64,000 nt of DNA. Source: Octopus sinensis (lineage: Eukaryota). Below are positions 11,854 through 25,343 of this stretch, piece after piece. Below the pieces are notes generated by a model that searched no databases, was not told where the DNA came from, and saw only the letters and a list, made by a program, of their open reading frames with translations. A program made the translations under genes and the position numbers. Numbering within the stretch: the first letter of the stretch is position 1; each line of letters opens with the position of its first letter. The stretch is taken from positions 121,458,001 through 121,522,000 of the forward strand of contig NC_042997.1 in NCBI RefSeq assembly GCF_006345805.1, read 5' to 3'.

Positions 11854-12909
11854 TCACCTAATTTATGAAGTACAGAAACAGCGTGGTAGATATATTATAT
11901 TATGAATAACAAAATAATAATATTATAATAGGAAAATTGAATAAGGTTGAATTATGAAATTATTGAATACTAATAATGTTGGGTAGTAAAATAAGGAATA
12001 ATAGGTTAAATTTTACAAGGCCTTCTCACATACAATGATAATATATTTCTTTCTGGACATACGTGTAAAATGTAAGTTTAAAAATTTAGAAATTAAAATT
12101 TAAAAATTAGATTCGGTTTGCAAAAGTCATAGAAAAAATTTTGTATAGTTCGGCGGAAAAGCAAGGCTAGACGTTCGAAACTATTTACAAAATTTAAAAA
12201 AAGTTAGTGTGTCTTCTATTTCACTTATTTTATTTTGAGATCTAATGTTACTTTTGACCGGCAACCTAGGAGGTACCTATGCTGTGAACGAAAATGTCTT
12301 GTTCATCCCTGCAAATATTCATTTCTAACCTAGGCAAAAGGTACGAAATTTTGGGGGAGGGAGCCACTCGATTACATCGACCACAGTACGCAACTGGTAC
12401 TTAATTTATCAACCTAGAAAGGATGAAAAGCAAATTCGATCTTGGCGGAATTTGAACTCAAAACGTAAAGACAGACGAAATACTTTACTACCCACAAAGA
12501 CAGACAAACGGATTAAGTCGATTATATCGACCCCAGTGCGTAACTGGTAGTTATTTAATTGACCCCGAAAGGGTGAAAGGCAAAGTCGACCTCGGCGGAA
12601 TTTGAACTCAGAACGTAGCGGCAGACGAAATACCGCTAAGCATTTCCTCCGGTGCGCTAACGTTTCTTATTTCTTTATTGCCCACAAGGGACTAAACATA
12701 GAGGGGACACAAGGACAGAAAAATGGATTAAGTTGATTACATCGACACCCAGTGTGTAACTGGTACTTAATTTATCGACCCCGAAATGATGAAAGGCAAA
12801 GTCACCTAATTTATGAAGTACAGAAACAGCGTGATAGATATATTATATTATGAATAACAAAATAATAATATTATAATAGGAAAATTGAATAAGGTTGAAT
12901 TATGAAATT
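11854..12909. repeat. 108-bp near-identical direct repeat pair (11854-11961 and 12802-12909)
   Basis: tcacctaatttatgaagtacagaaacagcg...gaattatgaaatt occurs twice; one substitution seen. Confidence 0.85.
12345..12801 (-). mobile_element. Cluster of family B tRNA-SINE monomers (CORE-like)
   Basis: Repeated gaaaggatgaaaggcaaagtcgacctcggcggaatttgaactcagaacg blocks. Confidence 0.85.
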
Positions 12910-12914
12910 TTGTA

Positions 12915-13955
12915 CAGCATGAATTTGTTGTCCGTCAACATTTTTTTTATCTTGTATGCTGCACGTAGAGATCACTTGCCCTGGAATTGTATGGGGGTAG
13001 CCTTCAAAGTGGGATGTCATAAATTTGTCTGTACTCAATGCTAACCTTTTGATATATAATGAATTATCCCTCCTACTGTTGGCATCTTTCGTGCCACCTA
13101 CCCATAATCTGCCTTCTCAATAAACTGGTCCAGTTATTCATTTTCTTGTGATCGGTAGAATTGACCGTTGCTTCTTGAGGAGAGTTATCCGTCAGTTCTT
13201 ATTTTAAGCCTCTCCTCTACTTAATTATCTATACCAAAAGCCCTACTTAAAGTTTCATGCTTTTATGATACTCTAAATTGGAATAGCTATAAAATATCCT
13301 TTTTTTTTCAGGGCTGTTTCTGGTTCTGCACCAGTAAAGAATTTGTTCAACATGCTTGCAGTACCCCTGTTCTAATTTGTCTATCCATTTGGTGTTTTTT
13401 TCTCGTTTAATTTGTCATCTCATTCCTTTCCTATATCGATCTCCAATAGCTTTCAACTTGTTCTGTTGATGGAATTTTGTTGTATTTCTTGAAGCTACGA
13501 TAGACTTCTCTGAAGTCTCTAACAAACCATCGACTCAGATTTTTCTTCCGATTATACCTATAGATATTTTAATTTCTCAACTATAGCTGTTAATTTTTCT
13601 TTCAACTCATATTGTTTGGAACTTAAGTTTTCAGTTTTGAAACCCCCAAACTGCTTTCCCAGATTACTTTTAAATGTTTATGATGTTTTGTGAATCTTTT
13701 GATTGCGTTGGACTTCGTAAGTACGATAATTTGTGAGAGAGTTCTTCCGAGAAACAGAATTTTGATTTTGAAGTTAACAGCCCAGTTCGCTCCGAATGTT
13801 TATCTCTCTCCTTATTAAGCAGCACCGGCTTCTTGAAGTAGTCTGTCAATGTTGTCCTTGATATATTTCTCAATATATTTGTAGTTTCGTATGTGAGTTA
13901 TGAATCCGTAAACGTTACATACTCTCCAGATATATCGTTTCAGTACACTTCCGGT
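12915..13955 (-). mobile_element. R4/Dong-clade non-LTR retrotransposon relic, internally deleted
   Basis: Minus-strand pieces resembling the R4 pre-RT region (WFVRDFREVYRSF..IPSTEQVESYWRSI*) and post-RT region (SHFEGYPHTIPGQVIST, compared with TEGF..AIQDQVI.T). Confidence 0.55.
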
Positions 13956-13959
13956 GCAT

Positions 13960-14585
13960 GTATGCAAGTACATGTGTATGCATGTATGCATGTACATATA
14001 ATGTCTGTATGTCTATCTGTCTGTCTGTCTGTATGTATGTATGTATGTCTCTCTGTATGTATGTCTGTCTGTCTGTATGTATGTATGTATGTATCTATCT
14101 ATCTATGTTTGTATATATGTATGTACATTTAATATCTGTATGTCTGTCTGAATGTATGTATTTATATATGTATGCATATATTTATGTATATATGCATGTA
14201 CGTATGGATGAATGTTTGTATATATGCATACATGAACACATGTATCAATGTATGTACACATGCAAGCATACATCCATGTACGTATTATGTATGATGTATG
14301 TATGTATTCATCCATGTATGCATGTATGTGTGTGTATGTATGTTTCTCTGTGCTTGAGTATGTAGGTATATATTTATCCAGTTAGCTATCTAGCTATCAG
14401 TCAATCTATCTATCTATTTTCTATGCATGTATATATGTATGCATGTATGTTTGTATTATGTATGCATGTATGAATAGTATGTCTGTACGAATCTATGTTT
14501 GTATGTTTGTGCGTGTATGTATGTATGCATGTATGTATGTATGTATGTATGCAGGTATGAATATATGTATGTATTTATGTATGTA
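13960..14585. repeat. Degenerate (TATG)n/(TCTG)n microsatellite
   Basis: Read directly from the sequence. Confidence 0.92.
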
Positions 14586-15681
14586 TAGGAGTTAATTTTA
14601 CATTCTCATTTGTTTAATATAAGTCTAGAGACGCGGAGTAGAGTGGGCATATCATTGATGAGACCATGAATAGCGACGAAAGGATTTTGACAAACTTAGC
14701 TGAACGATTGATTGACCAAGTGATTAATCTAACAATAATAACAATAGAATGAGAATAGAACCAGTGCGTGTGATTACTATTGGCATAATGACTCTCCCGA
14801 GAAACACAAAATATGTTTCAACACACGTGTACACATGAAGAGTTTTGGAAAACAAATATTAAAACGAAATGCAGTCTATAAGTTGAGCACCAAGAAGATG
14901 GAGAATTTTCAGAAATACAACTCAAACATTCTTGTACTATTCTGTAACGAAGAACAGTAACTATTTCGAAATAACAAATTCGTTTTTCATATATATATAT
15001 TTTATTTTCGCACATATCAATAGTTTGATAGGATTGTTACACAACAGTCTGGTTTGATGACTTACATAAAGTTCTGAAACTTTGTATAACTTCTGCAGAA
15101 TCAGAAAAGACCATTTATTTCATAAGCGAAAATAAAAGGACAGCGATTAAGTAATAAAATAAAAAAGATATGAGATATATTTCAGCTATAACTATTGTTA
15201 TTCTTTCGTCTTTCAGGCAAATACATAAAAAAGAAATATTTTCAATGGCCATAGGACAGCCATTCCTTTGTTGCTTCAAAGAAGGATCGTCAACATATAA
15301 GTCCACGAAATGAGCATAGAAAGAGACTATAAAACGATACCTGTGGTGAATAGAGAACGTCGAAGTTAGGAAATAGATGTTTAGAGATGGAAATAGCTCT
15401 TTAAAAATCATAATCAGTTCAGTTGCATCTGTGTGTATGTTTGGGTGTGCGTGTATATGTTTGTGTGCGCACGTGTGTGTGTACTGTGTGTATGTGTGTG
15501 TGTAACTAAGGTGCGACTGGCTTTTGAATTTCTGCAAGAATAGTGTTGTTAGAAGCATCTACATGTAATAAGCTAATAAGCAAATGCAACATACATACGC
15601 AAGCTCGGATATAGGCACATATCTAGACACACACCGACACACTAACACACACACTTACACATACATACATAAATGCATACA

Positions 15682-15737
<56 letters not shown>

Positions 15738-16253
15738 GTAAATTCGAGATAAAACCACTATTATGCAACTCAAACAGTGATGGACATAAACCAAAACATA
15801 TAAAACAAATAATATTATATTTTTATAAAACATATAACTAGATCTCAAAAAGTATAGTGGGTTTTCCATTTAACTCTAGATACAAAATCCTTAATATCAT
15901 TAATAAGTTTCAAAATATATTCTTTTCTAGAGGGTATTGGAATATCCTTCAAAGATGAATTCCAAAATAGCGGTTCTATCTTACCTGCAAGTTCCATAAC
16001 ATACGAAATTGAGATTTAAATGCACTCAATAAGCGTAAGCTATCAATATAATAATTGTAATTATAATAATAATAATTAAAATAATTAGGGAGTATAAGTC
16101 CAAACTTACAGGGGAAAATTCAATTTAGTATTAAATCGAATTTCAAAATATAAATATATAAAATGAGAGAGAGCTTATGCAGTATTTTGCCCGGATTGAT
16201 AATCCCTCACTATTTGATTTTTATTACCCTTTATATGCAAACAGTTGCAAATG

Positions 16254-16642
16254 GGCGCAGGAGTGGCTGTGTGGTAAGTAGCTTGCCTACGAGCCACATG
16301 GTTCTGGGTTCAGTCACACTGCGTGGCACCTTGGGCAAGTGTTTTCTACTATGAGTGGATTTGGTAGACGGAAACTCAAAGAAGCCCGTCGTATATATGT
16401 ATATATATATATATGCGTGTGTGTGTTTGTGTGTCTGTGTTTGTCCCCCTATCATTGCTTGACAACCGATGCTGGTGTGTTTATGTCCCCGTCACTTAGC
16501 GGTTCGGCAAAAGAGACCGATAGAATAAGTACTGGGCTTACAAAAGAATAAGTCCCGGGGTCGATTTGCTCGATTAAAGGCGGTGCTCCAGCATGGCCGC
16601 AGTCAAATGACTGAAACAAGTAAAAGAGTAAAGAGTAAAGAG
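16254..16642 (+). mobile_element. SINE family A, full length
   Basis: ggcgcaggagtggctgtgtggtaag (A box)...gggttcagtcacac (B box)...internal microsatellite...tail ending gagtaaagagtaaagag. Confidence 0.95.
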
Positions 16643-16919
16643 AGGTGCATACTCAAATACCTGCACTCGAAACAATTGTGGCGAATAATAAAATGTCCAA
16701 ATGTACTCTCCTTCTTCTTGACTCCAATTTCTTTAATTATATATATATATATATATAATATACATTATATAAATATATATCAGCCGAAATTGCGAGGATG
16801 ATCCGGTTCTTGACTGAAGATTAGAGGCTTCGAATGGCCCGTCCGTTTTCGTATCGTCTATTTGAATGTTTTGCGTTCTTGTCCCATTTTATATTTTTAT
16901 ATATATTTTGTATACATAC

Positions 16920-16981
<62 letters not shown>

Positions 16982-17171
16982 TATATATACACACATACAT
17001 GTACATGCCTACACATATATATATATATGCATATATGAGTACAGGACGTCAAAAGAACGCGAACAAAATGAGAACGAGAACGTAAAAAACAAAAGCATGG
17101 AAAACGAACTTATTTCGAACAACGAAAGAAGCAAATAGAGAAATGTCACACACACACACACACCACACACA

Positions 17172-17242
<71 letters not shown>

Positions 17243-17484
17243 CTCAGTTAGAATATAAAAAAAACAATTCAAATAAATAAAGCGATAAAAAATGCCCAAA
17301 TGAATAAAACGAATATAAATGAACACGGGGACGTACTCAAGAAATCTATTAGCTTGACGATCGGTGAAAAGAGAGAGCTTGACGTTTTGAGTATAGCTCT
17401 TCGTCGAAACGGAGAAAGGAAAAAGTTCAAAGAAAGAAAAGAAATCACCAACAGTACAGGTGTACTTACATTGCCAATGTATAT

Positions 17485-17492
17485 ATACATAT

Positions 17493-17581
<89 letters not shown>

Positions 17582-17590
17582 GATAGATAC

Positions 17591-17685
<95 letters not shown>

Positions 17686-17710
17686 TCTATATATATCTAT
17701 ATATATATAA
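17485..17710. repeat. (GATA)n microsatellite
   Basis: About 200 bp of GATA repeats. Confidence 0.97.
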
Positions 17711-17715
17711 CTACA

Positions 17716-18300
17716 GTGTACATTTAAACATATAAGAGGTATCCATCATAGGATTCCTTGTACGCTAGAAAGGACAGTTAAATTCCAAACCGCTATTAGG
17801 GATAAAGTTTCGAAGGGAATGAAAAATAAAAACATTCACCATCTAACTCCTGGATAAACGGTTTCAGACTTTTTTAGCAAATAAAATAATTTGCTAGGCG
17901 ACGTCTTCTTCAGCAGGTACGCATTAGATTAAATATATATACACTAGGCAATCCAGTATATGCCCCGTGCTTATACATTCTAATTTTTCAAATCTACCGA
18001 GCAAGCGCAGGAAATATAATGCCGGCTTTTCGATTTGAAAATTATCTAGAAAAATTATCAATAATTAATAATATCAAAGGGTAATCAGAAATATTTGAAA
18101 TTTCCATTACCATTGGCCTAGAGTGTAAAAAAAATTTAGTCAATAGACTATATATTATTCATATAAATACGGTGTACATTTAAACACACAAGAGTTATCC
18201 ATCATAGGATTCCTTGCACGCTAGAAAGGACAGTTAAATTCCAAACCACTATTAGGGATAAAGTTTCGAAGGGAATGAAATATAAAAACATTTACCATAT
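17716..18300 (-). mobile_element. Partially tandem terminal repeat (pLTR-like) with a hammerhead
   Basis: ~127-bp direct repeats at 17716-17842 and 18172-18299; hammerhead motif at 17849-17917. Confidence 0.55.
17849..17917 (-). ncRNA. Hammerhead ribozyme motif with extended stem II
   Basis: Minus strand: cctg-CTGAAGA-agac...tagcaaat.tatttt.atttgcta...gtct-GAAAC-cgttt-ATC-cagg. Confidence 0.6.
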
Positions 18301-18324
18301 ATTCTTCATAAACACCCCAGCATA

Positions 18325-18371
18325 GGTTTTCAAGCGATGTCAGGAGGACAAACACAAACACATAAACACAC

Positions 18372-18409
<38 letters not shown>

Positions 18410-18598
18410 CACACACACACACATCACACATACACACACATACAGAGATATGGGCTGCTTTCAGCTTCCGTCTTCCAAATTCACTCACATGGCCCTAGTC
18501 GGCCCAAGTATAAGACACTTGCCCAAAGTGCCTGACAGTGGGATTGGACCCGGAACCATGTGTCTGGTAAGCAAGCTACTTACCTCACAGCCACTCCT
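18325..18598 (-). mobile_element. SINE family A, partial
   Basis: Reverse complement of head plus (CA)n. Confidence 0.85.
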
Positions 18599-19257
18599 CC
18601 ACTTGTTTAATTATCGATACCAAGAAGACCCAGACAACCAAGTTTGCCCAGTATTTTCTTCAGTGAAGTGCTATTCACAGTATAGAACGCTTTGATTAAA
18701 TCAATGTAACGCAACACGATGTCTATGATCTACTCATAGCAGTTCTCTTGCATCTCTCTTGTGAAAATCATATCCATTGTTTGTCTGTCATGCGATATGT
18801 GAGGTGAATGGGAAAGCAATGCTCATCACAGATGGAAGAAACCAGTAAAGAAACGAGTGGGTATTTTAGAAAAAAAACTTATTTTTCATTTTGGATTTAA
18901 GCGAGCAGATCGAAAATGTACCGCTTATGTTGTGAATAGGTTGAAGATTGGTCTGTAACATCTATAGGCACGTATGTTAATCACAAACTGGATTCATTAA
19001 AAAAAATGTTAAGCCACTTATCTTTTAGCATGGTAAGGTTCAATTAACCAAGTCTAGAAACTGAGTAATCATCTAGCCCAAACCAGACGTTGAAGTATTT
19101 AATAGGTTATAAGGAAACTGATATAAATACATTTGGTACTTGCCATTCAGCTAAAGTAAGTTGATGATTGAGTTGTTTCCCTTGTGCTAAAGTTCTCTCC
19201 CATAGCAAGAGTTGCCTCCCGTAGTCTTTTACTCTTCTAACACACGATTTTTATATT

Positions 19258-19308
<51 letters not shown>

Positions 19309-19644
19309 CCCTCTCTCTCTTCTCCGGACAATATATATCCCTCCATAAATGCTGTTTTAGCAAATCAAAAATAAAATAATAATAAAAATTGTTATTATTA
19401 TTTTCATATTTATTATTAGCCAGAACGGCTGCAGAAAAAAAGAAGAACAATGCAAAAACAAAGGTTCGTGCCAATAATAAAAGAAAAAGAAAAGAACATT
19501 TTGCTTTTTGGCAGAATTTGGCGAAAAGGCATTGCAGTATTTAGATACAGTCGTTTATTATGTTGAACCTAAATCCTCCCAAAGCACTTAAGGTGTCAGA
19601 ATGTGGCATTAAACTGGATTAAATCTGAATAATGTAGACTAGTA

Positions 19645-20516
19645 TTTGGTCATCCCATAAATAATGCGGTTATTTTATACTTCTTTTATTTCTCTAAATT
19701 AATATAAAGTTCTTTTTCATTTTTTTCTACAATGCTCTTCCATCTATTTGGAAGATTTGCAAGGCCCCTCTTCCAAAATTCACATGCCTGTGACGAAAAT
19801 TACTCCTCCAGTTCTCTTCCGACGTCATTTACAGAATACATATATTCTCCTTCCAAATGATTTTGGAGACTGCGGAATAAATGATAATCAGATGGGGCAA
19901 TGTCCAGCGAATGTGGTGTGTGGGTCATCGTTTCCCATTCAAACTGCTCCAGCCTTTGGAATGTTATCCTCGCTGTATGTAGCCGAGCATTATCCTGATG
20001 AAAGAATACCTTTCATCTTGACACCGAAGACGGTCGTTTTTCTTCTAGCGCTGACTTGAATGACTGGTTGAATGACTAAATCCAGGCTTCTCTGCTCCTT
20101 CCCCAACAGTTACGATGAGATTTTATTCCACCAGTGTTTGCAGGAGATTTTATTCTACCAGTGTTTGCAAGACGTCGACGTCGAGCTCTAAAGATATTCC
20201 AGGACGAGGCTCGTCTTCTAGTAGTTTCCGGCTCGGAATTTCTGAAAACACTGTTGACACTGGCTTACGCTTATTGTCCGATCCCCATATACTGCATTAA
20301 TATTCCTCGCATGCTCTTTTGTTACTTCTATCATATCTTCGAAAATATAACTGTTAAAATCGAACTGCATTCTTCAAAACCTGCAATAAGAATAAGAACA
20401 AGGTAAAATTACTACCTGCTTTTATAGCATGTTGATGCAGGTAGTTTATCCCGTCACCCTTCTACTTTTAGTTCATGCAATTGAAAAAAAAACACAATAT
20501 TTATGGGATGACCCAA
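19645..20516 (-). mobile_element. Internally deleted mariner with TIRs and TA flanks
   Basis: TIRs tttggtcatcccataaata and tatttatgggatgacccaa; minus-strand FHQDNARLHTARIT..WETMTHTPHSLDIAPSDYHLFRSLQNHLEG plus an N-terminal remnant. Confidence 0.9.
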
Positions 20517-20519
20517 TAT

Positions 20520-20660
20520 AAGGTGTAAAACTAGTACTTTGTTTATCAAGCCCCACAAGGGTTAAAATAAAGTTAACTTCGATGGGATTTGAACACATGG
20601 TGTAGGAAGCAGGAGACTATACCACAAAACATTATGTACGATGCTTTACCGCCTCTGCTA
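20520..20660 (-). mobile_element. SINE family B, diverged
   Basis: ctagtactttgtttatcaagccccacaagggttaaaataaagttaacttcgatgggatttgaac. Confidence 0.55.
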
Positions 20661-21453
20661 AATTTTCCATGCATCTGAAGATTCCGCCAATTTACCTCCT
20701 GTCTGAACAAACTGATTGATAGACATGTTTTCAGATATAGAACATTTAATTAAAAATTGGGGTGTGAAGTAAGATCTGTGATATTGTTATCAGAGAACTC
20801 GAGAAAATAGTGACATGTATTTAACGTAAATGAATCCTTGTCAAATATTCTGCAATTAAGTCACTGAGTTCTATCGTAAAAGTGATGCTTTATAAAAGTA
20901 GCTGGACATGACACCCTAACAACGTGTCATTGAATGAGTTCCAATTAATCAAAAACTATAGTCAAAAGGGTCTACAGTGCCAGTGTTTCGTTTTGATTGA
21001 CAACACGAGTTATCACGCTGCGTCATCTTGATGTGTTTTCACTAGACTGATAACTGGAAACGCATTACATTTCTAGGAATAGCTGCCCGCATTTTCACAG
21101 GTTTTCTTTTCAATTCTAATGATTTTCACATGCTTATCTCATTTAGGAAACTATGTAGTGTTATACTTCAGTACTTGGTAACAATAGCATATAAATGTGA
21201 GAGTTAATAGGTAAAAATTGTATTTACAATAGGTGCTAACCAGACGATAATTAACTAAGGACAGATTCTACTATGGACCAAATTGAAAATAAAAACTGTC
21301 GATAGGTCGAACGCTCTGGAGTAGGGATATGTTTTCTCCAGTTAAGCCAAATAAAACGATCGAGTCTATACGTAGTTGTGTCCATTTTTATTTTTTAGTA
21401 ATTGGGTCAATTTTTTAGTGTTCAGTCATATAAAGTTCTTGAGTTCAAAGATA

Positions 21454-21869
21454 GGCGCAGGAATGGCTGTGTGGTAAGTAGCTTGCTTACCAGCCACATG
21501 GTTCCGGGTTCAGTCCCACTGCGTGGAACCTTGGGCAAAGGTCTTCTACTATAGCCTCGGGCCGACCAAAGCCTTGTGAGTGGATATAATAGACGGAAAC
21601 TGAAAGAAGCTCGTCGTATATATGTATATATACATATGTATGTGTGTGTGTGTTTGTGTGTCTGTATTTGTCCCCCTAGCGTTGTTTGACAACCGATGCT
21701 GGTGTATTTATGTCCCTGTCACTTAGCGGTTCGGCAAAAGAGACCGATAGAATAAGTACTGGGCTTACAAAGAATAAGTCCCGGGGTCGAGTTGCTCGAT
21801 TAAAGGTGGTGCTCCAGCATGGCCGCAGTCAAATGACTGAAACAAGTAAAAGAGTAAAAGAGTAAAGAG
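21454..21869 (+). mobile_element. SINE family A, full length
   Basis: Same head, microsatellite and tail as 16254-16642. Confidence 0.95.
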
Positions 21870-22194
21870 TATACTTATAGCCATGATTACTATGCTTTGC
21901 GTATATGTTCACATCCCAAGAAACAATTGTATATCCATAGAATACTCATCCGAGCCGCAGTCATTCTCACTTCGTTTGAAACTACAATTATATATAATCG
22001 ATTTTTTACCGGTTGTTGATAACTTCACCTACGATGGAAGAAAATTTCACGTAAAACCTCTTACGGATTTCGATCATTGATCGACAGAAATTAACATCTA
22101 AAAGGTTAGATTTTAACTGGGCTTGCTAAAACCGCCAAAGGCCACTTGGTGAGGTTCAAAACACCAAATTGATTAAGTAAGCCACTCAAGACTG

Positions 22195-22425
22195 GCACTC
22201 CAAAGGTTACAGCGATGAGTATTTCAGTTGATCCGATCAACGGGACAGCCAGCTCCTGAGATTGATGTGCAAGTGACTAAGCACTCTACAGAAACGCAGT
22301 TATCAAGGAGATTAAGCGTGACACAAAATGCGACAAGGCGGGTCCCTTTGAATTACAGGTATACACTTCATTTTTGCCACCTGAGTGAAATAGAGCAACG
22401 TGAAATGGAGTGTCTTGCTGAGGGA
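22195..22425 (-). mobile_element. SINE family C body
   Basis: cagttgatccgatcaacgg...ccctttgaattacaggta; shared with 43350-43580 and 60230-60420. Confidence 0.75.
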
Positions 22426-22644
22426 TATATTATATTAGATATATATTATTATTTGATTGAACGCCACGCATCTATTTTAAAGTAAGTTTATCTTAACCTT
22501 TTTGCTGCGACTCTGCTCTAAACTATGTTCTCCCCCATACTTCTCTAATTCCCTTTTTCTCCCTTTCACAATTTTCTCTCTCTTTCTCACTCTCTCTCTC
22601 TCTTTCTCTTTTTCTCTCACTTGTCACATATTACATGTACATAT

Positions 22645-22688
<44 letters not shown>

Positions 22689-22766
22689 ATATTATATATA
22701 TATATATGTATATTTATATATATACATATATACATATATATATACACATATATATATATATAATAT

Positions 22767-22807
<41 letters not shown>

Positions 22808-22810
<3 letters not shown>

Positions 22811-23444
22811 GATAAATCTCAGAGCGAGTTATAAACAGTAGCGGCAACACATCGTGACGTATATTTGCCATTTGAATATGGCTAACCCCTAAAGGTGGAT
22901 GCTACTGTAGTTTGTAGCCCCAGGAAGACACCTCCTCCAGCTGGCTATAGACACAATTTCTGTGCCCTATCAGTATTTGTGAAGGGAAGTCATCCTTCCC
23001 GTCTTCAACTTATGATACACACGGACTCGAGTTTCAAGGTATTTACCTATCATCGGCGTGTGACAATCATAGTTGTCGACGAGAAGTCAGATCCCCTCAC
23101 AAATACATATACTTTTTCCAGTATCGATTGACACTGATATTGAAAAAGTGAAATCAAACAATGATAAATCTCAGAGCGAGTTATAAACAGTAGCGGCAGA
23201 GGGAAACTGACTTCTCGTCGACAACTATGATTGTCACACGCCGATGATAGGTCAATACCTTGAAACTCGAGTCCGTGTGTATCATAAGTTGAAAACGGGA
23301 AGGATGACTTCCCTTCACAAATACTGATAGGGCACAGAAAGTGTGTCTATAGCCAGCTGGAGGAGGTGTCTTCCTGGGGCTACAAACTACAGTAGCATCC
23401 ACCCCTTAGGGGTTAGCCATATTCAAATGGCAAATATACGTCAC
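22808..23444. repeat. Direct 39-bp repeat plus inverted ~238-bp repeat (D-X-spacer-D-X inverted)
   Basis: D at 22808-22846 and 23160-23198; X at 22854-23090 and its reverse complement at 23207-23444, with about 4 differences. Confidence 0.92.
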
Positions 23445-23467
23445 TATATATATTAATATATATATAT

Positions 23468-23551
<84 letters not shown>

Positions 23552-23559
23552 ATATATAT

Positions 23560-23606
<47 letters not shown>

Positions 23607-23642
23607 AAATGTAATATGTGACAATTATTCGGTAGCCATGAT

Positions 23643-23699
23643 ATAAAACGAAGTTTCGGATGGTGAGGTGGAAATCCACGCCACCATCTCTTCAGTTAT
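23643..23699 (-). ncRNA. Hammerhead-like motif with branched stem II loop
   Basis: Minus strand: ataa-CTGAAGA-gatggtg...caccatc-c-GAAAC-ttc-GT-T-ttat. Confidence 0.55.
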
Positions 23700-23848
23700 C
23701 CGGCCATCGGAAAAATGCTATGAAAAATGGTCATTTACATTAACAGATAAATTCCTCTATCTACATAATATCGAGGTTTCTTTCTTTTGTTGTCTTAACA
23801 TTTTTAGCAACATATATATATAAATATGTGTGTGTGTGTGTGTGTATA

Positions 23849-23881
<33 letters not shown>

Positions 23882-24240
23882 TTCTTTACTACCCACAAGG
23901 GGCTAAACACAGAGGAGACAAACAAGGACATACAAACGGATTAAGTCGATTATATCGACCCCAGTGCGTAACTGGTACTTAATTTATCGACCCCGGAAGG
24001 ATGAAAGGCAAAGTCGACCTCGGCGGAAATTGAACTCGGAACGTAACGGTAGACGAAATACGGCAACGCATTTCGCCCGATATATATATATATATATATA
24101 CAACGGGCTTCTTTCAGTTTCCGTCAACCAAATCCACTCACAAGGGTTTGGTCAGCCCGTGGGTATGGTGGATGTCATTCGTGCAAGGTGCCACGCAGTG
24201 AAACTGAATCCGGATCCATGTTCTTGGGAAGCCAGCTTGG
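23882..24240 (-). mobile_element. SINE family B adjacent to a family A head
   Basis: Family B at 23882-24078 and family A head at ~24100-24240. Confidence 0.85.
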
Positions 24241-24367
24241 TACTTACTATACGTGTGTGTATGTATACCTATACGTTATAATTAAGAGTGAGAGATTGAG
24301 AAAGAGGGACAAGGAGAGAAAGATAAAGAGACATGAAGAGAGAGACATAGACAGAGAGAGAGAGAGA

Positions 24368-24425
<58 letters not shown>

Positions 24426-24699
24426 AGAGAGAGAGTGAAGTATGTGATTCAAAGGACGATCTGGCTATTATTTCTAGAATTTCAACGATCATGTAAAGGC
24501 TTCTGAGATTATGTAGTAGCAGAGTTGTCTCCCCGAAATCTTTGAATCAATATAAAACGGCTGCTTGACAAAAGTCGGTGAAGCAAAATCATTGGATACT
24601 TATCGGTAATTGGTCTAGCTTCCAGCCTCCTGCGTGTAATTCTCACCGAGACCGACTTAGACTTTCATCTTTTGAAAAGTTAGTCCATTAATGAATTAA

Positions 24700-24771
<72 letters not shown>

Positions 24772-24913
24772 TTTCTCTATCTATCTCTCCTTCTCTCCTC
24801 TCTCTCTCTCTCTCTCTCTATCTATCTCTTTCTCATTCTTTCTTTCTCTCTCCCTTAGTCATTCTACATACCTACATACATACGTACGCATATAAATATA
24901 TATACATATAGAC

Positions 24914-24993
<80 letters not shown>

Positions 24994-25288
24994 TGATAGA
25001 TATATAGATAGATAGACAGGCAGACAGATAGATAGATACATATATATATATATATACATATACACACATACACACCTATATACACACACAAAAATACGAT
25101 TGCAGCGCGAAGGTATATATAAGCCATTTACAAACACACAAAAACCGTTAGATTCACTTCAACACTTAAATCTAATTTGTCAAAATATTTTTGTCGATTT
25201 GAGACTGCAACCTGTTCGCTGACAAAATTCCGTGCTTAGGTCACATGCTATGCAAGCACATCTCCGTGTGTATGTGTGCAAGCACATC

Positions 25289-25343
<55 letters not shown>

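Noticed and set aside
16254-16330. tRNA-like heads of SINE families A, B and C (many copies)
   Set aside because: They continue into SINE bodies and lack complete cloverleafs, so they are not called tRNA genes
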